Positions 26,874 to 33,938 of a DNA stretch of 64,000 bases are shown piece after piece; the stretch's first letter is position 1; every line of letters starts with the position of its first letter. This DNA comes from a virus. The stretch covers positions 24,633 through 88,632 of IMG/VR virus record IMGVR_UViG_3300049718_000055. The stretch is one strand, 5' to 3'. A program made the position numbers and the translations under genes. The notes under the pieces were generated by a model. It searched no databases, was not told the DNA's origin, and saw only the letters and a program-made list of their open reading frames with translations.

Positions 26874-26949
26874 TGGCTGGGAAGGCAAGTCTCGAACTTG
26901 CTACCTTCCGGGTCAGAGCCGGACGTTCTACCCGTTGAACTTCTTCCCA
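26874..26949 (-). tRNA. tRNA-Gln(CTG)
   Basis: TCCGG-CT CTG AC-CCGGA. Confidence 0.92.
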
Positions 26950-26958
26950 ACTTCAAAC

Positions 26959-27033
26959 TGGCTGTGCAGGTGGGAGTCGGACCCACATCCTCTCGCTTAA
27001 CAGGCGAACGCTCGACCATTGAGCTACCGCACA
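26959..27033 (-). tRNA. tRNA-Asn(GTT)
   Basis: TCGC-CT GTT AA-GCGA. Confidence 0.92.
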
Positions 27034-27035
27034 TC

Positions 27036-27074
27036 AAAAAGCCCCTAACCGCTTATTCTCGGCTAGGGGCTTTT
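27036..27074 (-). terminator. Attenuator terminator, operon 2
   Basis: GCCCCTAGCCG-8nt-CGGTTAGGGGC-TTTTT, 2 nt before tRNA-Asn. Confidence 0.9.
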
Positions 27075-27117
27075 CCTCATTTGCTACGTTGTAGCAGTTG
27101 AATCTTTGCGCCCAAGC

Positions 27118-27180
27118 CTACACGGGATTACCGAACGCTTGTGGCGTTGTCGGCTGTCCGGTATGGGCTCGGTTCATCAT
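27118..27180 (-). CDS. Leader peptide 2 MMNRAHTGQPTTPQAFGNPV
   Basis: ATG 7 nt after the -10 box (leaderless); codons match all 12 downstream tRNAs. Confidence 0.87.
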   Translation of the reverse strand: MMNRAHTGQPTTPQAFGNPV

Positions 27181-27187
27181 GTTTCCT

Positions 27188-27216
27188 ACTTTACCGCCGT
27201 TCGCAATTTCTGTCAA
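27188..27216 (-). promoter_or_regulatory. Sigma70-like promoter P2
   Basis: TTGACA-17-TAAAGT. Confidence 0.85.
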
Positions 27217-27225
27217 ATCATTTTC

Positions 27226-27302
27226 TGGTAGGGTTGGTGGAACTCGAATCCACTAGGACATGATTGAAGGTCATGGTGCTCGTCCGCTTTGCATTCAACC
27301 CC
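27226..27302 (-). tRNA. tRNA-Glu(TTC), C33
   Basis: CATGA-CC TTC AA-TCATG. Confidence 0.87.
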
Positions 27303-27307
27303 ATAAC

Positions 27308-27384
27308 TGGCGCGGTAGACGGAAATCGAATCCGTGTACACGATCTTGAGAGAATCGCTGGAGAACCAGCACCCCTGCTACCGC
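27308..27384 (-). tRNA. tRNA-Glu(CTC)
   Basis: CGATT-CT CTC AA-GATCG. Confidence 0.87.
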
Positions 27385-27385
27385 A

Positions 27386-27460
27386 TGGCGGTCCCACGGG
27401 GAGTTGAACCCCGAACGCCTCTTAGACAGAGAGGAATCATTGCCGTTAGACCATGGGACC
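27386..27460 (-). tRNA. tRNA-Asp(GTC)
   Basis: CCTCT-CT GTC TA-AGAGG. Confidence 0.9.
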
Positions 27461-27464
27461 AAAA

Positions 27465-27583
27465 GTTCCGTTTTGTTTGCCTAGCGGCCCAGTCTCCCAT
27501 CGCATTAGCAGAATTCCGACTGAGGTTCATCCACTGCGGACTCGAGTCCGTTTGCTAGACTCTTGCCAGAACGGTACTGGCCT
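27465..27583 (-). ncRNA. Unassigned structured RNA between tRNA-Met and tRNA-Asp
   Basis: Nested helices CCGTTCTG/CAAAACGG, GTCTAGC/GCTAGGC, CGGAC-TCGA-GTCCG, CTCAGTC/GACTGGG. Confidence 0.55.
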
Positions 27584-27589
27584 TTGGAT

Positions 27590-27664
27590 TGGTTGCGTGG
27601 GGAGGACTCGAACCTCCGGTCTCCAGCTTATGAGGCTGGCGAGATGCCGCTTCTCTACCTCGCC
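27590..27664 (-). tRNA. tRNA-Met(CAT), 1-72 mismatch (initiator-like)
   Basis: CCAGC-CT CAT AA-GCTGG; G1xA72. Confidence 0.87.
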
Positions 27665-27669
27665 ATTTC

Positions 27670-27698
27670 AGTATGCCACTACTCTTTCATGTTGGCAA
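27670..27698 (-). promoter_or_regulatory. Internal sigma70-like promoter P4
   Basis: TTGCCA-17-CATACT, 5 nt upstream of tRNA-Met. Confidence 0.7.
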
Positions 27699-27701
27699 GT
27701 A

Positions 27702-27787
27702 TGGTGCATCGCCCCAGGCTCGAACTGGGCTGCTCCGAAGAGCGGCAGGTTTACAGTCTGCTGGCCGTCCACCCGACCATGCGATGC
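27702..27787 (-). tRNA. tRNA-Tyr(GTA)
   Basis: GCAG-ACT GTA AAC-CTGC; long V arm. Confidence 0.92.
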
Positions 27788-27791
27788 AAAA

Positions 27792-27881
27792 TGGAGGAAG
27801 GTGGAGTAATCGAAACCCTACGCCATCGCTGACGCACCACGGTTTTCAGGACCGTTCGCCGACCATTCAGCGGCACCTTCC
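27792..27881 (-). tRNA. tRNA-Ser(TGA), 8/4 fold
   Basis: GGAAGGTG/CACCTTCC 8-bp acceptor, 4-bp T-stem, ACGGT-CC TGA AA-ACCGT. Confidence 0.85.
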
Positions 27882-27885
27882 AAAC

Positions 27886-27973
27886 TGGCGGAGACGATCC
27901 GATTTGAACGGATGGAACCTTGCGGTTCGGAGGTTTAGCAAACCTCTGGATTAGACCGCTCTCCCACGTCTCC
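27886..27973 (-). tRNA. tRNA-Ser(GCT)
   Basis: GAGGT-TT GCT AA-ACCTC; long V arm. Confidence 0.92.
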
Positions 27974-27978
27974 AAACT

Positions 27979-28054
27979 TGGTGCCGATGGTCGGGTACGA
28001 GCCGACAAGCCTGAAGGTTTGAGCTTCAGAGGTATTCCTTCCCATCACATCGGC
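27979..28054 (-). tRNA. tRNA-Leu(CAA), short variable loop
   Basis: TGAAG-CT CAA AC-CTTCA. Confidence 0.85.
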
Positions 28055-28059
28055 AAAAC

Positions 28060-28135
28060 TGGTGCGGGTGGAGGGACTCGAACCCCCATGAGACTGATCC
28101 TAAGTCAGCCGCGTATTCCATTCCGCCACACCCGC
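28060..28135 (-). tRNA. tRNA-Leu(TAG), short variable loop
   Basis: GCTGA-CT TAG GA-TCAGT. Confidence 0.9.
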
Positions 28136-28146
28136 ACATCTCAAAC

Positions 28147-28219
28147 TGGAGTACCGGGCCGGACTTTAACCGGCTTCAACGGTTTTGCAGACCGTCCGCT
28201 CGCCCTTCGCTTCCGGTAC
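28147..28219 (-). tRNA. tRNA-Cys(GCA)
   Basis: ACGGT-CT GCA AA-ACCGT; U73. Confidence 0.88.
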
Positions 28220-28220
28220 A

Positions 28221-28298
28221 TGGTGCGGGTGAACGGTGTCGAACCGATCCTAAACTGGGCTTAAACCAGTTGCCTCTTCCAACGTGGGCTACACCCGC
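28221..28298 (-). tRNA. tRNA-Leu(TAA), short variable loop
   Basis: ACTGG-TT TAA GC-CCAGT. Confidence 0.88.
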
Positions 28299-28300
28299 AC

Positions 28301-28334
28301 AAAACAAAGCCGCCGATCTCTTCGACCGGCGGCT
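28301..28334 (-). terminator. Attenuator terminator, operon 3
   Basis: AGCCGCCGGTC-GAAGA-GATCGGCGGCT-TTGTTTT, directly before tRNA-Leu. Confidence 0.9.
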
Positions 28335-28360
28335 CGTGAATTCCAAACTTTGGAATCAGT

Positions 28361-28426
28361 TCACATAAGCCCCCGGCCCGTCAATGGCAGGCAATACGAG
28401 GATAGCGAACTGAGTAAAATTCTCAT
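28361..28426 (-). CDS. Leader peptide 3 MRILLSSLSSYCLPLTGRGLM
   Basis: ATG 6 nt after the -10 box (leaderless); all six Leu codons, 4 Ser, Tyr, Cys. Confidence 0.87.
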   Translation of the reverse strand: MRILLSSLSSYCLPLTGRGLM

Positions 28427-28432
28427 ATCCAA

Positions 28433-28461
28433 ATCTTCCCACAGATAATCATTATTGTCAA
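28433..28461 (-). promoter_or_regulatory. Sigma70-like promoter P3
   Basis: TTGACA-17-GAAGAT with extended TGn. Confidence 0.75.
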
Positions 28462-28515
28462 TCGGTCATTCCGGTACAGTTAAATTCCCCTCTTCGTCCT
28501 CCAATTGAGGCTGAG

Positions 28516-28740
28516 GTGTACACCATGCCACTAAGTTTGTTTTGGATCATCGCCGTTGTAATCATTGCCGGAGTAGTTCTTTGGGCTCTAAACTCGTTCC
28601 CTGCCATTGACCCCACCATGAAGCAGATCGCCAGAGTGCTTATCATCGTGCTCGTGGTTATCATGGTTCTCTACTTCCTGTTTGGATTGCTTGCAGGTGG
28701 TGGTGCGGGATTCCATAGCTTCCCCGGTCCTTGCCGCTAA
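28516..28740 (+). CDS. Small two-TM membrane protein
   Basis: Two hydrophobic helices flanking PAIDPTMKQI. Confidence 0.75.
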   Translation: MYTMPLSLFWIIAVVIIAGVVLWALNSFPAIDPTMKQIARVLIIVLVVIMVLYFLFGLLAGGGAGFHSFPGPCR

Positions 28741-28752
28741 TCTTGCCGGCAC

Positions 28753-28782
28753 AAAAAAGCGGCAGACCCGAAAGCCTGCCGC
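28753..28782 (-). terminator. Intrinsic terminator after the nozzle gene
   Basis: GCGGCAGGC-TTTCGG-GTCTGCCGC-TTTTTT. Confidence 0.8.
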
Positions 28783-28850
28783 ATTCCCCATGATTTGATC
28801 TGCGTTGTTATGAATAAACTCTACATCCGGTCGTAGAAGTTGTCAACCGC

Positions 28851-31800
28851 TCATGGCTCCACAAACAATACTTTCTCGTAGCCTCTCCCTTGGCACTGGA
28901 CCTTGTACCACAAATTAGAATCAGGCCAAAGAATAAAGTCCTCCGTACTTGTTCCGACCATTCTCAGTGTACGGAACGAGATTGCCGGTAGTCGGGTCCG
29001 CAATGGATTGCGAAAGCCGCCAGCTTGCGGCATTACAAATGTGAATCCAGCCGTTGGATTATCGTCGTAGAACACGTTGACAATGATCGGCGCACCCGCT
29101 GAGTAAATCCAGAAAACGTCGCGCGCAAATTTGGAAGATGCCTCCGAAATATTGATCTTGTAAGTGTCGAACGTCTTCCTCGTCCTCGGCAGTACCAGAG
29201 CCTCTACAGCGGCTTGGTACAGGTACGCGAACGTGGACAGATTCCCGACGATCTGGAGACTGATTTTGTAGGCTTGCTGGCCGAGTCCGTTGAGCAACGG
29301 CAGGTTGATCTTGCCGCGAGTCGAGTTGCTGATCGTTCCGAGTGGGACCGTGATTGCGCCGTCATTAAACAAGGCGTTGACGGTCAAGGTCTGCCCCCCG
29401 AGGTTGCAGTCAACCACAATCGCGTTGTACTGTTTCTGGTTTGCCGGCGAGCTTTGGAATGAGTAAGCAGTCTGGAGATTGATTGCAATCGGCCCCGCGG
29501 CCAGTACGCCCCCGCTTGATACTTGATCGTAGGGAAGGTTTTGCCGGTCAATGTGTACGAGCCCGTTTGAATCGCCGTAGAGCAACTGATTCGTATCGGC
29601 CTCAAGCATCAAGCATTGCGCGTCAACGTCATCATTCCTGAATCGCTTGTACTGAGCGTGGTATACCAACCGATGCCGGTTTCCGTCCGTACCGATGTAA
29701 CTGAAAAATACCATTGAGTTCCAGTACGAAGCCACCGTCTGCGACAACTTCGTTTGGTCCGCTTCGACAATCGGAGTGGAACCTACGCCCTGGAAAAGGA
29801 ACTCAACCTGGAGACTCATGTACACCGACTCCCCACCAGTAAAAGCACGTAGACCATCTGCGGCTTGGTAGGCAATCATCTCTTCGGTCGCCACGTACCC
29901 AAATGGCGCCACACAACCATGCGCACAAGACGTGGGATATGGTGCCTGTTTTGCCGGACTGTCCGGTGGAACCATCCACCATCCGCTTTTGATACAACTG
30001 ACCATGATATTTCCCTTGAAAGGCACCACGGCCGTAATGTAATCATCCGGCGTAGAGATGATGATGTTGTTCGCTTCACCCACGTACTGCGGAGCGTTTC
30101 CGGTGCTGAAGTAAAGCGTTGACGGGTTGTTCGGATCTCCCCAATACCATGCCTTGTTGAAAGCTATGACCATGCCGTAGACCGGCTGGCCTACCTTAAT
30201 ACTCGCCTGGACCTGCTCTCCAGCCGCATGATAATTCTGGACAAAGGCAGTGAAAGAACTCACTCCGACTGTCAATACCACTACGGTTTCAAAGTTGTTT
30301 GCTTGAGCCGTTGGATTCCCCAACAAGACTTGCTGGCGCACTGAGATGTTCGCCATGCTTGCCGGGTTTATCGTCACTACAGAGCCCACCGGAATATCTG
30401 GCAGCGTGTAATAGATCGTGACCACTAGATTGTTGACATAGACGGTTGCCGCTGATGATCCTAAGTTGTCTCCGCCTACAAGCGTCTGAGTAAAATCAGC
30501 ATTGACGATTGCAGGAGTAATCGTAGTGCCCCACAAATTTCCACTTCCACCAAAGACATAAGTCTGCGGAGCTAGTGTCAAGGAAATCTCTGCCGGAAGG
30601 GCGGCTCCGGGAATATTTATACTTGCGGTCATCTTAGGACCGAGCACGCTCGTATAAGCATCAAAGCTGACTTTAATTCCGGTGATGGTCGCGGTTAAGG
30701 GGATGCTCGGAAGACTGAAGTCTCCCTGCAAGGCCCCAATCCCTTGCGAAGCAGGTGCCGACACGGACGTATAAAGTGATGAAGATGTAGCGTTGGTTGG
30801 ATTTACCCAAGTAGACCCGACCGGATTCGATCCTGTGATTGACGGAGAAACCTGTAATGTTCCTACAATAGCAGCGTTCAGTGTAGTATTCACCGGAACC
30901 GGAAGAAGACTCGGAACCGGAACATCGTTCGTAAACGAAACCATATCCGCTCCGGCTATCAGGTAGTCCGGTGCCGTGTCGGTATACTGGACTATCCCCC
31001 CGCCCTCTATGCTGATCGGGATTTCGTCTATTCGCCTGAAGTTATCTCCGTAGGTTCCCCCTCTTCTATAGATTCTCAGATACCCGATCTGACCATCCTG
31101 CAACTGTCCTGCGGGTCCGTAAGTCTTAGTGTTGATTTTTAACAACACCGGCTGGCGCCGCGGGTAGACCCAGTTCGTATGGTTAGGCGGGTTCTGATTC
31201 GTCATTATCGGAGATGGATTCGATTCCGTTCCATCCACGTCATTTAAGAACGTCGCAACATAGTCATAGGCTACTCCACCAAGAGTATCTGGACCTGCCC
31301 CTCCAAACAGTACCAGAGAAGAAAGTTTAATCGTCGAGCTTGAGTTGTCATTCATCACAATCGTGATCTGATAGCCGTTGACGTTTGACCAGTTGTAGAC
31401 CGCATCTTTATAGTCCGCCATCCCTGCTCCAGAAAAATCTGACAACTGGAAGAGAAGCGGCGTCCAGATATTTTTCCCTGTATCCAGTTCTCCGATAGAC
31501 CCGGCTCCATTTCCGTAAAGGCTGAGACTATCCTCAAGAACAGCTTCCGTTAGAAGAGTAGTTACGCTACTTGTCCCAGAGGCAGAAGATGTTGCTAAAG
31601 TAGTCAACTCCTGCAAAGGTCCTTGGGAAATTACTTTATAGAAATAGTCGCTCTCGAATGATCCGTCTCCGCAATCAAAACTTAGCGTTATGCTCTGGAT
31701 TTGCGTTTGGTCGCTGACAAACATATAGAGACCAATGTAATCAGATTGGTTGTCGGATACAGTCTCGCTAGAGGGGATAGGATATGGACCTATCGGAAGC

Positions 31801-32693
31801 CCACTAAACGGCGCTGTGATCGTTGCGGTTGTGGACGCCGGCACGATAACCGAAAGAGAGAGGCTTGATATTGACGCCCCAACAGAGTGAGTCTTTGTAA
31901 AATCTGCAACAAACCCGGTTGGCGTCACCAAGAGGACTAAAACTGTTTCCTGATTTGATCCTGTATCGATGGTCAAATGCTGAAACAAATAGATTGCATT
32001 ATTGTCTGCGACTGCCGTGGAAACTGGGTACGTCACCTCCTGAATCCCAATTGCCTTCACCGCAGAGGAAAGATTCGTGTTTACATAGGTTTCGATTGAA
32101 TCGCTGCTTGTTGCTGAAAACGTGTATGGCGTCGTGTCGCTCACATAGTCGTCAAGTACGACAAGCGTCGTTGGAGATTGAGACTGAGCGGTGACCGGGA
32201 ACTGTGGAGGAAAAATTCCTCCCTGCTGGGGAGCAGAGAATGTTCCGTCGTCCTTCCAAAAACCGTTTGAATCCGAGAAAAACGCACTCACGGTGCTCGT
32301 AAAATCAGTATTAGAGAACGATTGAATCGAACATGGGTTTCCGCTGAATGACGTGGATATTTTTGTGAATGCGCCCGGAGTAAGCGCCCCCCGGCGCCAT
32401 AGAGACCCGTCTGCCGTCACGCAGTATCTTGCGTATGCTCCGGCGAGTTGCCCGAGCTTGAAGAGACTGACACATTTTCCTGATAGCGGGTAGACCTCCC
32501 CACCCAACACGCCAGTGCTGTTTACGATTACGCTGCCCAATTTTTGGGCATAGGCTCCTTCCGCCAACTCTTCGACGTTGCACTCGTTTAGCAGACCTTG
32601 GGGGTCCACGAGGTCATCTACCTGACGGGCAAAGATTCCCTTGCTTTTGAACAGCAAAACACTCTCGGCATAGTGCGGATCGGGCATGACCAC
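28851..32693 (-). CDS. Tail nozzle/packaged-DNA stabilisation-like protein with inserted domains
   Basis: 1280 aa beta-rich; NNPSTLYFS, HGCVAP, RIYRRGG motifs typical of podovirus nozzle-like proteins. Confidence 0.7.
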   Translation of the reverse strand: MVMPDPHYAESVLLFKSKGIFARQVDDLVDPQGLLNECNVEELAEGAYAQKLGSVIVNSTGVLGGEVYPLSGKCVSLFKLGQLAGAYARYCVTADGSLWRRGALTPGAFTKISTSFSGNPCSIQSFSNTDFTSTVSAFFSDSNGFWKDDGTFSAPQQGGIFPPQFPVTAQSQSPTTLVVLDDYVSDTTPYTFSATSSDSIETYVNTNLSSAVKAIGIQEVTYPVSTAVADNNAIYLFQHLTIDTGSNQETVLVLLVTPTGFVADFTKTHSVGASISSLSLSVIVPASTTATITAPFSGLPIGPYPIPSSETVSDNQSDYIGLYMFVSDQTQIQSITLSFDCGDGSFESDYFYKVISQGPLQELTTLATSSASGTSSVTTLLTEAVLEDSLSLYGNGAGSIGELDTGKNIWTPLLFQLSDFSGAGMADYKDAVYNWSNVNGYQITIVMNDNSSSTIKLSSLVLFGGAGPDTLGGVAYDYVATFLNDVDGTESNPSPIMTNQNPPNHTNWVYPRRQPVLLKINTKTYGPAGQLQDGQIGYLRIYRRGGTYGDNFRRIDEIPISIEGGGIVQYTDTAPDYLIAGADMVSFTNDVPVPSLLPVPVNTTLNAAIVGTLQVSPSITGSNPVGSTWVNPTNATSSSLYTSVSAPASQGIGALQGDFSLPSIPLTATITGIKVSFDAYTSVLGPKMTASINIPGAALPAEISLTLAPQTYVFGGSGNLWGTTITPAIVNADFTQTLVGGDNLGSSAATVYVNNLVVTIYYTLPDIPVGSVVTINPASMANISVRQQVLLGNPTAQANNFETVVVLTVGVSSFTAFVQNYHAAGEQVQASIKVGQPVYGMVIAFNKAWYWGDPNNPSTLYFSTGNAPQYVGEANNIIISTPDDYITAVVPFKGNIMVSCIKSGWWMVPPDSPAKQAPYPTSCAHGCVAPFGYVATEEMIAYQAADGLRAFTGGESVYMSLQVEFLFQGVGSTPIVEADQTKLSQTVASYWNSMVFFSYIGTDGNRHRLVYHAQYKRFRNDDVDAQCLMLEADTNQLLYGDSNGLVHIDRQNLPYDQVSSGGVLAAGPIAINLQTAYSFQSSPANQKQYNAIVVDCNLGGQTLTVNALFNDGAITVPLGTISNSTRGKINLPLLNGLGQQAYKISLQIVGNLSTFAYLYQAAVEALVLPRTRKTFDTYKINISEASSKFARDVFWIYSAGAPIIVNVFYDDNPTAGFTFVMPQAGGFRNPLRTRLPAISFRTLRMVGTSTEDFILWPDSNLWYKVQCQGRGYEKVLFVEP

Positions 32694-33028
32694 AGAATAC
32701 CGCTGTCTAAGCTGTAGATGCCACTATTTTCCCCACATAAACCGAAACCCGTTCAAAACGCCCAGAACAAACAGCAGACTAACTGCCATCAAAAAGTATT
32801 CCTGCCATTCGAATTTTAGGTTTCTCTTTGCGTTCCTGTGTCGCATCACGCCTCCTGCCGAACCAGCGGCCTTCTGGACGCTTCCCGCATCCGCCTGATG
32901 ATCTCGTTCAAACATTCCTCTTCCCGGCGCTTCGCGTAGTTGTTTCCCTCGTCCAAAGCCGCAGACTCCAACGATTCCGTCCACTCGTTGAATAAATCAT
33001 TGTTGCTGATCTTCTGAAGGTTCACGTC

Positions 33029-33451
33029 TTACTCTCCGGTCCAGAGCTTCTCAAGCACTTCCTTGACCCCAAGCATCACCATCCCGTAAGGGGTTCTATA
33101 AATCCCCCCTTTACCTGGACGCAAAAATTCCGAGAAATCCTGCTCAAGTAAATGGCCGTTCGCGGATCTTATCTGCTCAAGCGCCCTGCCTGCCATCATC
33201 AAGTTCTGCTTGCGGTGGTATTCTTGATTTTCTTGACTCTCCATCTCCCTTTCCAGTTCATCCTCGAAGTCTTGGCCGATGATTCGTTCGAGGATAGACA
33301 TAGCAGCATTCATGCGCTTATGAATAAATTCCTCTTCAGGGTCATTCTCCGGCTGTCTCGTGATTCCTGCGTAGGTTTGCATGGCCCTCTCCAAGTGCGG
33401 TTTAACGAATTGGATATACTCTCTGGTTCCGCAAATAACGTCCGGTTGCAT
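33029..33451 (-). CDS. Hypothetical protein
   Basis: GGAG RBS, packed ORF. Confidence 0.6.
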   Translation of the reverse strand: MQPDVICGTREYIQFVKPHLERAMQTYAGITRQPENDPEEEFIHKRMNAAMSILERIIGQDFEDELEREMESQENQEYHRKQNLMMAGRALEQIRSANGHLLEQDFSEFLRPGKGGIYRTPYGMVMLGVKEVLEKLWTGE

Positions 33452-33473
33452 GGTTACTCCAAATTTTGGAATC

Positions 33474-33938
33474 CTACAATTGCTTGAGGCTAATCTTGCC
33501 GCCGTTTTTATCGATGAGCTTCGCCTGATTCAAAGCGGCCACCACGTTCGTCACTGTTCGAGTAGCGCATCCAAGGATGATGCGAAGTTGGGTTTGGTTC
33601 ATCTCTCCATGAACCATCAAGGCGTCGATTGCCCTTGCCGTCGCGCCCCCGAGCCTCTGCTTCCACTGCTCCCATGCGGCGCTATTTCGAGGACTTGCCG
33701 CGCTGGTTGAAGTCCCATCCGAAACACCCATCGACTCGATCTCACCAAACACCTGCCTGAGTGCTTGATAAAGTGGGTTGAGGGCACTGCGCAATTCACG
33801 AACCCCATCCTCAACCGAATTCGCCCTTCCTTGCTCAACCAGACGAGCCGATTCACTTTCCCGTAGTTGAGATTTCAATCGGATAATCGTTTCGTCGCGG
33901 TCGTCAACCGCACCTTCAAGCAGTAGTGGTCGCAGCAC
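33474..33938 (-). CDS. Coiled-coil plus winged-HTH protein
   Basis: MNQTQLRIILGCATRTVTNVVAALNQAKLI. Confidence 0.6.
   Translation of the reverse strand: MLRPLLLEGAVDDRDETIIRLKSQLRESESARLVEQGRANSVEDGVRELRSALNPLYQALRQVFGEIESMGVSDGTSTSAASPRNSAAWEQWKQRLGGATARAIDALMVHGEMNQTQLRIILGCATRTVTNVVAALNQAKLIDKNGGKISLKQL

Larger units (their letters stand above)
22097..28461 (-). other. tRNA island: 35 tRNAs (all 20 aa), RtcB, HNH, GIY-YIG; three attenuated operons plus one internal promoter
   Basis: Manual folding of each CCA-ending unit; island lies between tail genes. Confidence 0.95.

Noticed and set aside
27465-27583. tmRNA or ribozyme call
   Set aside because: GCA AAC resume-like start, but no Ala acceptor/T-arm or hydrophobic tag end; no complete hammerhead or HDV core could be fitted by eye
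27792-27881. tRNA-Sec (selC)
   Set aside because: Anticodon is TGA (Ser), not TCA
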